From the NCBI GenBank assembly GCA_904063045.1, contig CAJFCJ010000003.1:1426001-1490000 (forward strand): 64,000 nucleotides of DNA, written 5' to 3'. Every line of letters starts with the position of its first letter. The first letter of the stretch is position 1. This document shows positions 12,109 to 24,471 of the stretch, piece after piece. The notes beneath the pieces are model-generated. The model was not told the DNA's origin and searched no databases. It worked only from the letters and a program-made list of their open reading frames with translations. Source of the stretch: Dimorphilus gyrociliatus. Its lineage: Eukaryota; Animalia; Annelida. Made by a program: the position numbers and the translations under genes.

Positions 12109-14891
12109 ATGAATCTGTTACATTTGGAAGACGCTGTCGATGACAACCCACAAGTAAAATGAAATTCTTAATTTTTTTAACTGATTCATACTCATTTGAT
12201 TATAAGAACAACCGCCCTCTATTAATTCCTTACAGGCCTTAAGCTTATTAAGCTTACATGAAAGAGACTCTCAGACCCTGAAAAAGTATATAGGTGGTAT
12301 GCAATTTTGCCTCAAACGGGTGTTACAAGCTTCCGAAGAGACAAGCTCATCATTAAGAGCCTTGGCTCAACACTTGCATGCTTTTGAGCAACAACCTTTT
12401 CACATAGCTCAAGAAAATACGAGTTTAATTGATATCTTGCATGATATTGCAAAATATTCTGAGGAAATGAGCAGCATATATCAAGTCATGTGCACTCAGA
12501 TCGGTGATAACGTAACATCTGCAGTAAATAGATTTTTGCAAAACGATCTTGAAGGTTCACCTTTAAAATAGACTTGTAATTCATTGCGACTATAAACTAT
12601 AAATTAATATATATTTTAACAGAAATGTCGGGCTTCACTGAGATGGTTGCCCGAAACAGAGCTGAGTACGAAGCATCACTCAATAAGTATCTGAAGCTTT
12701 CTAAGAAGAGAGACTCAGATAAACTAGTTGCGGAATGTCGTACCGAACTAGAAACAGCTCAACACCGCCTTGAACTGGCATCCTTACAGCATTATTCGAA
12801 TTTGAATACTTTACAATATTCTCGTTCATCGGCCATATTAGAACCATTAGCTGGTTTGTTAGCTTGTCATAGAACCCATTTTTCAGTTGGTCAATCTACC
12901 GCCGAACAAGCAAAAGATATTGCAAATGTAGCTGATAGCGTTGTGGCAGCAAGTACATCAAAACGAAACAACTATATGCAATATACTGCACAAAAAACAT
13001 CAGCTCTTGAGCAATCGGCTCATAAAATGAGAGAAGCACAGGATGATATTCCACCTGAGACTAATCTTTCTACAAAAATGGGATACGTATTGCAAAGATT
13101 TAAACCGTCCGTTTTAAGTGGGGCAAAATGGGAAAAAGGATATTTATCTATCGTATCTGAAAATTTAATGTGGCAGGGAGGAAATGATATAGCCTGTTCC
13201 TCTCTTCTGGATTTACAAACCGATGTTAAAGTAACTGCATCAGAAGCTGACGATAGACGATTTGTTTTCGCGGTATCGAAGTCAAACAGAGTATTTACTT
13301 TCCAGGCGTTCAGCTACAAAGAACAGTTGGAATGGATAAGCGCCATAAACAATGCTAGTAAGATAGCGAATTCGGGTACACCAGCTCAGAGTCCAGCCTT
13401 AAGCGCCCCTTCAAAAACATTCGAACCAGATAGATCAATAGAATTTGAAATTACGGAAGGAATTGAGAAGCTAGGCTCTTCTCTGCCAGAGGAATCTTTT
13501 GTAAAAATTGACTCAGATGGCAATTTAGAGAGGTAAAAGAAAGCTTATTTCTTAATCTGAATGATATATAATCAAAGATACTTTCTTCCGTAGAAAAAAT
13601 CCATTTGCTTCCACAGAAACTGATAATGACGACTATGATGTTAGGTTTCTCGGTAGTATGCAAGTCAATTCGGACGTAGGATCATCAGTAATACTTGAGG
13701 CAATAAGACAAGTTATGGCTGCCAGAGCAATAAAAAATGTATTTAAAGTAGCAGAGACAAAAATACGAATAAACATCAAAGGATTCTGGTAATTGTTTTA
13801 TAGAAAATTCAATATTATATATTTTAATATATTATCCCATTATTTTCATTATTAGTACAATCGAGCAGTCAGATGACTCAATTAGATGTTATTTTCCGCT
13901 TTCCGATATTGCCTCTTGGTCAGTTCATCCTGATAATTCAAGAATGTTTGGTATTATAACAAGAAAAACAACAGATAACGGTCGACTATTCCATTGTCAC
14001 ATTTTTGAAGCGAATAATTGTGCTCAAGAGGTATAAACACGAATAGAAATGATAATAAAATTTCTACTTTTTAAATAACTATCAAAATTTGATTTATTTT
14101 TCTTCAATAGATTCAAAAATCTTTAGAGAAAAACACTCAAATTGCATATCAAAGAGTTTTGGTAAGTTACTTATATAAAAGAAAAGTAAAATAAAAGATT
14201 TAAGATTTACTTATAAATGTCTAGGAAGCTCAAGCAGCAGAGCGAATGAAAGAAAAGGTAAGTTACATAATAATAACTTTTTTAACGTAATTAAGTATAA
14301 TCCTATAAAATGATAAAAAAAATTAATAAAAGGAGTAATTTATATACTTGATATATATATAAATTTATATATATACTAATATATTAATTTATCTTATTTG
14401 AATATCATCATTTTCTCTCTTTTTATATTTTATTATTGTACAGAATGTTTACGGTGAACAATTAAGTCAATAACTGTTTTTATAAAAATTTCTTTAAATC
14501 AACGTAAGTATAGAAAAACACTGAAAGAAAAATCTTCTTTTTTTTTAGTATATACTGTATTAGTATGTGTACTGTATCTATATATATATATATATACTGT
14601 ATATGTACATATTTATAAGCCTAGCTTTTTAAATTAAATTTTTTTTAATTGTATTAAACTTTTACTAATTGAATTACTAAGTTAGTTAACGCTTTTCCAT
14701 TTATTATTAACTTATCAATCTCTGAAATACTTGTTCAGCTTTTTTCTTATTTGCTATAATATATTATATTTTAAAATGGTTTTTAATTGTCCTTTCAGGA
14801 AATTCTTATGGAAAATATTGCTAATCTGCCCGATAGGACACCTTCTGAGCCATCCGAAACTGATCCAGAAATTTCTGCAAGTGAAGGATAA
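12109..14891 (+). CDS. APPL1: APPL adaptor protein (BAR-PH-PTB), multi-exon, alternative C-termini
   Basis: Starts MNLLHLEDAVDDNPQ, then a BAR region and a PH domain (..DDRRFVF..WISAINNASK). PTB region VRFLGSMQV..RQVMAARAIKNVFK..RMFGII..CHIFEAN matches APPL1/2. Confidence 0.92.
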
Positions 14892-15584
14892 TAATCTTCA
14901 AACTATATATATTCTATATATATATATAAATATATATAATTTATATATACTTATAAAATATTCGCATAACAACTTTATCTAACCTTTAAAACAAAAAACA
15001 ACCATTATTTTCACATTCCATTTAAACAGAGCATAACTTGTTTAACGATAAAATTTTGAATTATAAAGATGTACACAATACTTTTTATTTGCTTGTGTAT
15101 ATCTTTTAATTAGTTATTACTAAGTGAATTTCTTTAGAACTACGATACTAACAACTGTTGCTAGTAGAATTGAAATAAATAATGCTATTTTTTCATTGGT
15201 CATTCTATAGTAGGCGATTGTTCTAAGTGGGGGACGGAGGGTAGATAAGTTTTGTACTTCTTCTTCTATAAACAATACCTTTACAACTCATAGAAAATTT
15301 TTTCTCTTTTAATACAAACTAACTTGTACCAGTTTTCCTATGAGCATTCAAATAGTTGTCACTTAAAGATTTAATAGATCTTCAAATCCCCAGAGTATTC
15401 ATCTTCCAGAAAAGAGCTTTATTCTCACATAGCTTAATCTTTTTGAATAAAATTCACCCTATTATCATTTATAATTATCCTATTGAAATCTATTTCGTGC
15501 TGGGACAATGCCAAGAGGTATAAATGTGTATGAATAGAACATGGAAGAGAGAGGAAGTTGGCGGGAACCTCTAGTGTTTTCATC

Positions 15585-17975
15585 TGACCTACCCGGATAC
15601 GTTACGTAACGCTAATAAAATAAGTTACTAGAATAAAATATTTGCCGTTCTAAATTGTCTATGATCAAAGAGACCCCTATAGTGAAACAAGAATATAACT
15701 ATCATAATAGTCTCTAGTTACGTGTTGGACTATACCGTTTTAAATTGGAGTATTACTGGCCACCTAATGAGTCAGGAGTAGTCCATATCCTCCAGATGGC
15801 GGCGGCTGTTCTTCAAAAGGAAGGAGAAGGATGAAAGCAATATATCACATGGGCTTATTGAAAGTGCTTTCGTCATCCCCTATACTCATTTGAACCTAAA
15901 AAATGTTATATTAAATAATAAAAAATTCTGTGAAAACAAAAAACAAAATCAATGAATAATAAAGTAAATAGAAACTTATTACTCTAATTAACTAAGCCTA
16001 TTCTCTATATAATTAATTTATGAATCAATATTAATAATGGATTATGTTTTAGGTTGGATAAGCAGAATTAAAAATTTTACTAATTTTATAATTAACAATA
16101 GTATGAGCATCAAGACTTAGATGCCATCTGTTGAGTGGAAAGAAGAGTTAAAGCTTCTAACTGTTCTCTATCCACTCTTTTTCTTTTGCTTATTCTTTAT
16201 CAGATTGACGGTGTATCAGATATGATCGATATTAGACTGATATTGAAAGAACCTATTCGATATATATCTCTAAATATTTGCCCATTACTACTTTAAAGTA
16301 AATTGCTTAGAAGGAGTAAAACATTTTATTTGAAGGACTATATCTAGTCCTCAGAATTACAAGAGTCACGTGACGCCTCTTGGATGTGCCCCTTCTTTTC
16401 TTACATTCACTACTTTTCGTCTTTCTTGAAAGGAACCGTTAGCCTAGGAAATAAAGAATTATTGAATATGCAAAAAAGAAATTCGACGCCATCTGTTGGC
16501 AAAAATGAACCCTTGAGAGTTTTTTTGAACTAGAAGTGTATATGTTTAAAAATAAAACGTAAAAAAGGTGTTATGGAGAGATTTCTGTATAAAAAAACTA
16601 ATGAAAATTCAAGAAGCGTAAATTGGCCGGGAAAAATTCGAAAACATCAAACAGACAGCATCCTTCTAAAAACACATAATTAATCGGGTCGATTATCACT
16701 TTGATCGCTGCTGCAGAACTTGGCCCGCCCGGATTTTCTTCTAGGCGACGGAACTTTGCCGGGCAACATTTATCTTTGGGTAAATAAGAAAAAAAACTGA
16801 ATGAAAGGGAACATTAAATATCGGAAGTCGTATTACGGAATAATAACAAAAAGGCGTTGGATCAAAGTAAATCGGGGGTTCATTCCGGCAGTGCGGCACC
16901 TGTTACGTAACTCTTCGAATAGTTCTTTCCTTTTTTTAGAAATTGAAAAAAAAGGGGGAAAAATGCACATAAATCAGCCGACCGATTCGAAATTGATTTA
17001 AAGTAGTAATCAAATGGAATTTATCTTTAAACCACACACTGTCGAAATTTTCGAGTGGGCGGGATGACACTGCCTCATTCATAATCGATATAGGACGTTT
17101 CCCTCTCGGTGAGAAAAAGCCGACTTAATAACCGGCTTCCACAAACCAAATTGACTGCCAGCGGCCATCTTTGTTGCTATTAATGATATTTTATCTATTT
17201 TCTACGCTAATATTATCGAGGCGAAACATCTCACCCATGACCTATAGTCGCATTGAAATCTTTCTAGACACCTACAGAGTTTTGACACGTTTTCCTGAAA
17301 ATTGATACTCTCTTGGAATGTCGATGTTTTTAAACATACACCGCATTTTATGTAATGAGGTCGGTCATGTGACCTTTTGAGGGGTAACGAATGTTTGCGG
17401 AGAAGGCGTGAAGAAAGTATAATTGGTTGATTATGTAGCAATTGCGCAATTACCAGGATCTAGTAAACATGACATCTAGTCTAGACACGACGCCTAGAAG
17501 GGATATTTATCCATGATGTATATTTTATTTTACAGCTGCTTCCCTATATAGATACAATTATCTAAATGAGTAATTCATCGACCAAAACGGGCAACACGTG
17601 TATATGCCGATGACGTAACTATTTTAATGAAGGGAAACAAATGTCTAGTGTAAAAAATATACTTATACACAAAGACACGCGCTAGTTACGCAACAGCTGA
17701 CAGCACTGTAAAATAAGTTCCTCTTTTAACATTATACTCTTAACATTTAAAAAAAAAAGTATTAATTGTTACGTAACAAAACCCATATTCTACAATAAAT
17801 TCAATATTCATTTGATAATTTATTCAATTATGCAAATAACATTTAGTTTATAAGAAGAGTCCTTTTTACGTTTTTTAATAGTTTATTTCTGACATTGACT
17901 ACCCAAAGTTAAATTCCTATCAAGCTACGTTAAAATTAATGTTGTCCTTTCTGTGGGAAACTTCTCTGCCAGTTT

Positions 17976-18006
<31 letters not shown>

Positions 18007-20113
18007 ACATATATACACTATACAAGCCATATACAGTAGAGTTATTCAACCTAGGCCTATATTAAGACCTATAATTAGGTTATTCTATTGTAGATCTAAG
18101 GATAAGGATCTCTTTTTTGCTTTATATTCAATTTCTTTCACTCCCACTTCCCTTTCCTATACGCATCTCATTTCAGCTATTAAAAAAAACGATAAGTGAT
18201 TAGGAAAAAATGATTGAATCGTTGCATAAAAATGAGACTATTCTCTAATGGATATTAACTTTATTTGATGTTTTCATTTACTTGAATTAAAGATGTTTTG
18301 AACAGAAATTGAAACGAATTGAAAGAGGGAGGGGGAGGGGGCAGACAGAGAATTGCCCTAAGCCAATTCTTTCGTATTCCCATGAGTTCTTCCGCGTCTA
18401 ATCGCAATTTAACGCGTCCATCAATAACATAAAAGGTAGAAAATTTACCGAAGTAAGCTTCCGAAACACTTCAATATGTTAGTTAGTCAATTTCCCCTGG
18501 AAGAAAAAGAAAGAAAGGATTAATCACCTGACCTAGATGTAAAAAATGAACAAATAGGTATTAAGTGTACAAACAATGGCAGTAGGGGGGGAAAAGGGCA
18601 TAGAGGTTGAGAATTTTTTGGATTGGTGGAAGAGAAAAAACAACCTGTCATGCAATGCTGTCAGTCCCGACAAATTAACGTCATGATCTCTAATCGTATT
18701 CCATAATCTCTCATTAACCGGCAATTATTTAATATGCAATGTCATGCTACACTCGAACTTGTCGTCTTTATCCCGACGTTCGTCGCATGATTCGAATAGT
18801 CGCCGTCTCCGTTTTTCTTATGCGTTAGCGCGCGCTCGTTCTATTAAATGTCAATTAGGATACCATGAAAAATTCGAATAATCTCTTCCCTTGTTTTTTA
18901 TCCCCATTTCATTTCATAATTTTTTATATAATAGAAAATTAGCATCATTAGTATATTTATCTTATATTGTTTATTATATTTCCTGTATGAATAAGTTTGC
19001 TATGGGATTATAATTAGAGTTATAAATGACTAAATCCTAATGGCAAATAGCTTGTGCAAACAGAAGCATGACGTAAGCGAATTAACAGGGAATTAATAAA
19101 GCAATATTTTTTCACGTGACCCACCACCATGACCTAGTCACACTGTCGTAAGACAGACGTCCGAGTTAAATGGTCCGTTACTGAAAGAAAACGTGAACTT
19201 TGTTGGTCATTTATCAGTTCTTCCAGGTGTCACAGAGTCGAAAAAGAGAGAAAAGAAGAGAAGGTTAGTAAAGAAGAGAAGAAAGGAAAGCACCTGCTGC
19301 CTCGTCGCGATCTTTTACATTATATACCTTATTTGCGGGCAGCTGTTTTACGAGGCGTTTAAAGAGAGACGCCTCTTCTTTTCGCTGTTTTGACCATCGA
19401 CAACATTATATAATCTCGCCTAATCCGTCAAATCGAAACGCATCAAACGCAGTTGAATTTTTTCGCTTCCGTATTTTCCACTTTGATCTCAAAAGACGCC
19501 CGATTACCTGCATTTCTACTTTACATTCGAATAATGAGCGAACCTTTCGCCCTTCTTTCTCTCTTTTGCGTCACATCAAAGAATTTACGGGTCTAGAAAC
19601 ACGTGTTACTTATGGTTGTTTTTATATGGGGTGCAAAAGCTTTTAATGAAGATTCGAAAGCATTATACAATATAAACTCACTATTTTATGCTAGCATTCT
19701 TTTATTCAATAAGTTTAGAACTATTTACAGATAAGTACTATTTAAGATATCAAATTTCTGTTGAATAACAACGGGAAACCCTTAGCTGGGAGCGCCCGTG
19801 TACTGAGGGGAACTTGTACGTCAAATGGAGTTACGTAAAATTTCTTTTATCCATTCGAACCGTATCGACGCTGTCACGAATTTTGAGAATCGCTTTTTGT
19901 AGTCAGAATAATAGGCGTCTATTCAAGCGTCTATCAGCGTTGGGGAGGCGTATATTTAACGATTAACTAAGCGCCTTAAAAAAGCCAGGTGATGGTGGGC
20001 GTGGCTTATTTTCGTGTAATGGTGCATGCGCCTAGAAATGAACACCAACAGCGATAATTCCAGTCTTAAATATTCAAGCACCTGGCAAAAGTCGAGGTGG
20101 ACAAATGCACGTG
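15585..20113. promoter_or_regulatory. Putative enhancer cluster with D-box, RORE-like and E-box motifs
   Basis: GTTACGTAAC at 15601, 16902 and 17768. TGACCTA at 15585, 17238, 18529 and 19130. CACGTG at 16367, about 17595, 19113, 19600 and 20108. ATTGCGCAAT at 17441. No credible spliced ORF in the interval. Confidence 0.6.
15789..16499. promoter_or_regulatory. CTCF-like motifs (one forward, two reverse)
   Basis: CCTCCAGATGGCGGC at 15789-15803 (+), TCAACAGATGGCATC at 16120-16134 (-) and CCAACAGATGGCGTC at 16485-16499 (-), compared with the core consensus CCASYAGRKGGCR. Confidence 0.5.
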
Positions 20114-20273
20114 AAAAATTGTTAAAAAATTTGCGTGCTAATGTATTTATTAGTTTAGATCACGCATTATACTAATTTGTAATAATTTCTCTATTCAAAA
20201 GTCACATTAGAAAACACTCTAATTGTCCTTTTAATACCAATAATTGACGAAAAGCGATACTGTAAAAAAAAAA

Positions 20274-20306
<33 letters not shown>

Positions 20307-23090
20307 AAATTATATATGTTACGTATTCGAACAAAGAAACACTCTCCGTTTCTCCATATCCAAACACCATGTGACAAATATATAGGGCGTCTAGTGGGCG
20401 TCGTTATACGTTTGACCTGTACACGTTACAAGAGTCAAGTACTGTGAGCAATAAATATATTATAGCGTTCAATTTATAGTTCATAACATGTAATTATAGA
20501 TTATAAAACAGAACACGACATCTTTCCGAATAAACAATAGTACATTGATTACATGGGATAGTGAAAAACAGGAAGCCGGAAGTGTGAACTTCCGCGAAAA
20601 GAACCCGCAGAAAATTTTTCGTGTGTCAGAAATTATCTGAAGAGTTTGTAAATAATGGCGATCCGGTTAGCAAGCGACTCTTTTAGATTGATGACATTCA
20701 TAGGATAAAGAAAAAGGAATGAGAAGAAAGAAAGTATCCTACTTCTTTTATTAAAAAAAGAATTTTGTGTTCTTTAGATATAAAAAAAAATCCGTTAAAA
20801 AATTTACAGTTAAACTCTTCAGATGATAAGAAAAGAGGGTTTCTTTTAAAGAAAAAAATAAAAAAAGACATAATAAGCAATCGGTGTTTATAGAAATAGT
20901 CTAATCGATCGTAATCAATATTAATTCATTCAGATATATATTCTTTTAATGGTCGATTATGCATCACTAAACGTTTGCATGTCACTGTCAAATGCTCAAT
21001 ATAGAGCTGTACGCAGCTGTCAAACGACAACGATTGATAAACTTTTATATGATTCGTTTTTTTTTTAAATGAATAAAAAAGGGCAGACAACAAACCATAA
21101 CAATAAACATTGTCTGGAAAAATATACAAAGTCCTTTATTTCTTATTTATTTGAAAGAAAAAAAATTTTAGGGCAATAAAGTATGATAATAATAAAATCA
21201 AATTTTCGATATTACAATTTCTCTTTTCACCAATCGACTTCCGCCCCACTCATCCTAATTAGGTTTCGATTTATTAGTTAAAATGTGGGCGTCATCTGCC
21301 CTAATCGGTGGGCCGTAACGTCCCAAGCAGCTGTAAAATAGCTAGGGTTGGAAAATAGGAAGAGGAGGAAAAAAAGTGAAACATGTGCACTTTCTTGATC
21401 TCTTAAATCGATAAGATTCAGTATTGGTTATTGACTCGTCAAACTACTTGATAATTATTTTAAGAGATGATACATTCTTCTTATTCCGCCTTTCTTTTCT
21501 CTTCTGTTTTCTTTTTTCGTTTTCTTTTTTTGTACATATCTCTTTCTTCTTCATCTCTCTTCCTCCGCCCACCTTTCTTTATTTTTTACCCTTTGTTAGT
21601 AGAGAATTTCTTTCGCGGAGTTATTAAATATATTTTTTTGTTTGAAAGCGTCCGACCAAGTGTCGTTGACACGCGTCGAGTAGTAGAAAATTGAATCGTT
21701 TGAAGTTTTGCCGAAGCCGCCCCAACCCTGATGTGGGTCCGTGCGATTAACAAGACTAGGTAGAGAGTTAATCGGAGGAGGAAAAGAGGCCATGTCCTTA
21801 GGCCTAAGAGACAGGCAAATATTTCGTAAACAGAGCCCTCATGCTGGCGTATGGACCTGCATAGAGATGGTACCGATATTTATATATGTTCTCTATAAAA
21901 CTAACGAACATTTTAACCACCATGTTATTGTGTCTAAGTTGAACGTTGGAGAAGGACTTTCCTAAAACTTTTCTTTAAAATAGCCAACTTTCCTCATTCA
22001 GGTTAAGAACAAAAAAGATTGCATAGAGAGAGTATTCTTTTGGATAGGTGAAACGGATAAAGCGGACTGCTTGCAGGCGAAACGTGCAATTTATGTGACA
22101 ATGTCTTTTACGAAACAATGAATGTATGTGCTCATTTTTATTAGGAGATGAAGTATTATATATTTCTTGTTGTACAAATTAGTTATATGGAAGTTATTAG
22201 TAATTAAATTAGTGATAACGTATATAAAGATCTTATCGAAATAAAAATTAAAATACAATAAATGTCAGTCGACGATAATCAGTGGCGATTACGATTTTAG
22301 ATATATGTATACGTATAAGGATGAAGGTAGATTTGGTCGAAAATGTTACCTAAATATATATGTATATTTGATATATTATCGTATCTGCATAGTCGAGTGA
22401 CGAGAGAAATAAACGTATATCAAATGAGAGATTTGGGCGTTACCGATCATTCATAAAAAAGGCATTGTACGGGCTCTTGACGTCAATTCGATATTTTATT
22501 TAAATAACTTGTAAAATATAATAAAATACTTAATAAAAGAATTGGAAAATTTTTAAAACAAATATATATGAGTAAGTACATTTACAAAAAAAACATCTGT
22601 GCAAACATGAAAGACGCCGCCTAGTCGTAAACGCCTTATACGAACAGCTAAATTTAGTGCTTACCCCGCAAAGAAAGACGAGATGAAACGAAACGGTAAC
22701 AGGTGTGTATTTTTGCAGTCATAGATGTGTTTATGCAGAATAGAGAGAGTTGATGGCAACAGCTTGGCCAAGCATGGGATTATCTATTGATTATCAAGTT
22801 GAATCCGGGTTTTGAAAATGTGAAATGTAGGTGATTTGCATATTGAAGTTATATTGTAGATTATACGTAATGATAAGGAAGATGACGTTTTATGGACGTC
22901 AGCGAGCGTATTTGTATAAGTTTTACGATGCAAAAAAAGGTTGCTTGACGTTTTTAATACCTTAAATCTGGCCGGTTTCTGGCAAACAATAAGACTACTG
23001 TAAAATTTTTTTTCTACTGTTTGCTATATGAAATAAAGAAAAAGTCGATCTCTTTCCAAAAGTGACTTTTATAGCGCATCCCGCCGATAG

Positions 23091-23098
23091 ATGCGGGT
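23091..23098 (+). promoter_or_regulatory. GCM binding site 3' of gcm
   Basis: ATGCGGGT, a perfect GCM octamer (reverse complement of ACCCGCAT), about 370 bp past the gcm stop. Confidence 0.6.
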
Positions 23099-23218
23099 CA
23101 ATTTAAATAGTTAGAACTTTTTCAAAGGTTTCTCCACTCCTTAAATATATATATTCAAGTTTTTCAATCCCAAAAATGTCTACTTTCTTTATTCCATCCT
23201 TTCTTTTATTGCACTTCA

Positions 23219-23249
<31 letters not shown>

Positions 23250-23461
23250 GATAGACCCTTATTTATACAGTATCCATGTATTTAACATTCAATTTTTTGA
23301 ACAAATTTCCTTTCTTTCTAACACTGAAAGCTCTATCTAACAAAATACCCTAAGCCCAAAATAAATTATAGCCAATGGAATAACAAACAAAAGGTAAACG
23401 AAACTAGAAATATTTTTTACAAACAAAGCATTTGTCTTAAACAAAATCATGATGAAAAAGT

Positions 23462-24431
23462 TCATTGTGTCGTGTAGCCAAACGACGGCAGGAATGGATT
23501 ATATTCGGTTACTTCACCAGTTGATGCGTAGCGCAAACTAGAATACGTTGGGAAAAAATCATAGCCGGTTGAAACTGTATTTTGTTCAGGGAAAAAGGAT
23601 GCTGTTCTGGAACCTTGAACTGGTTGTAATTCAGCGTATGAGGAATTTTTAGCAGCTTCTTGCATAAATGCTGGGCCAAAACTTGGTAAATCATCTGTTT
23701 TTTTTGATGAAAATTGAAGAAATTCGGACGGATCGTTAAAAGTACAGCTATCGGCAGTTGAAATCGTTGACGCTGGAGTGTAAAGGCATTCAGAGACTTG
23801 GGGAACGGGCGCTGATGGATGAGCGTGAGTGTGGTGAGGTGGAGGAGGGGGAGCAAATGTTGGGGGACAATATTGTTCTTGTGGCAAAAAATCAAAGTCA
23901 GAGGGAGGATTTTGGTATTGCCTGAGTGTTGGGTAATTGTGATTAGAACTTTCAAATTCGGCTGCGGGGGTATAGTGTGTTTCGTAAAATAGACGAGGCG
24001 TTGAATTGTGATGAGCGGCAGTCTCAAAGGCAGGAAAAGGGCACGGTGATGGAGCAGTTGTTGAAGACATCTCTATTCGAGGAATTTTGAATTGATTGAA
24101 TCCTGGTGGAGAGCTTGTCGTCGTAACAGCACTTGCAGGCCTCTTTTTTGGACTAGCAAAACGTCTGTAACCCTGTTGGGAGAATAAAAATTCACTTTAT
24201 ACTAATGTCTTTTATTTTGACACCCATTTATTACACATATATAAAAAAAAGACATTTCAATCATCATTCAGCTTTCTCCATAGTTAATTCGTGCATACAC
24301 GTTACCCGCATATCATTATAGGCCTATTGAAATAACCTTATCCGCGAAATAGTGCAGATTCTAAAAATTAATGAGTTGCAGCATATTAAGATTATTTTGC
24401 CCATCCCAGTTTTATTTATATATTAAATATA

Positions 24432-24471
<40 letters not shown>

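Noticed and set aside
15720-15896. Exon-like block with acceptor and donor on the minus strand
   Set aside because: Stops in all three frames and no recognisable homology, so not called as CDS. Mentioned only as a possible non-coding exon.
17202-17441. 79-aa minus-strand ORF with a CxxC (KCGVC) and other cysteines
   Set aside because: No coherent zinc-finger spacing and no flanking exons, and it overlaps a motif-dense regulatory stretch. Likely a chance ORF.
17461-17512. Minus-strand AGACTAGATGTCATG resembling miR-279/miR-996 within a weak hairpin
   Set aside because: Only about 15 of 22 pairs, an 8-nt loop, no extended lower stem, and the first base differs from the family's U.
18533-22000. 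Short ORFs at 18533, 19193, 20244, 20698, 20926, 21424, 21467, 21596 and 21741
   Set aside because: Low-complexity F/L/I/K/Y translations of AT-rich or polypyrimidine DNA, with no consistent splice phases.
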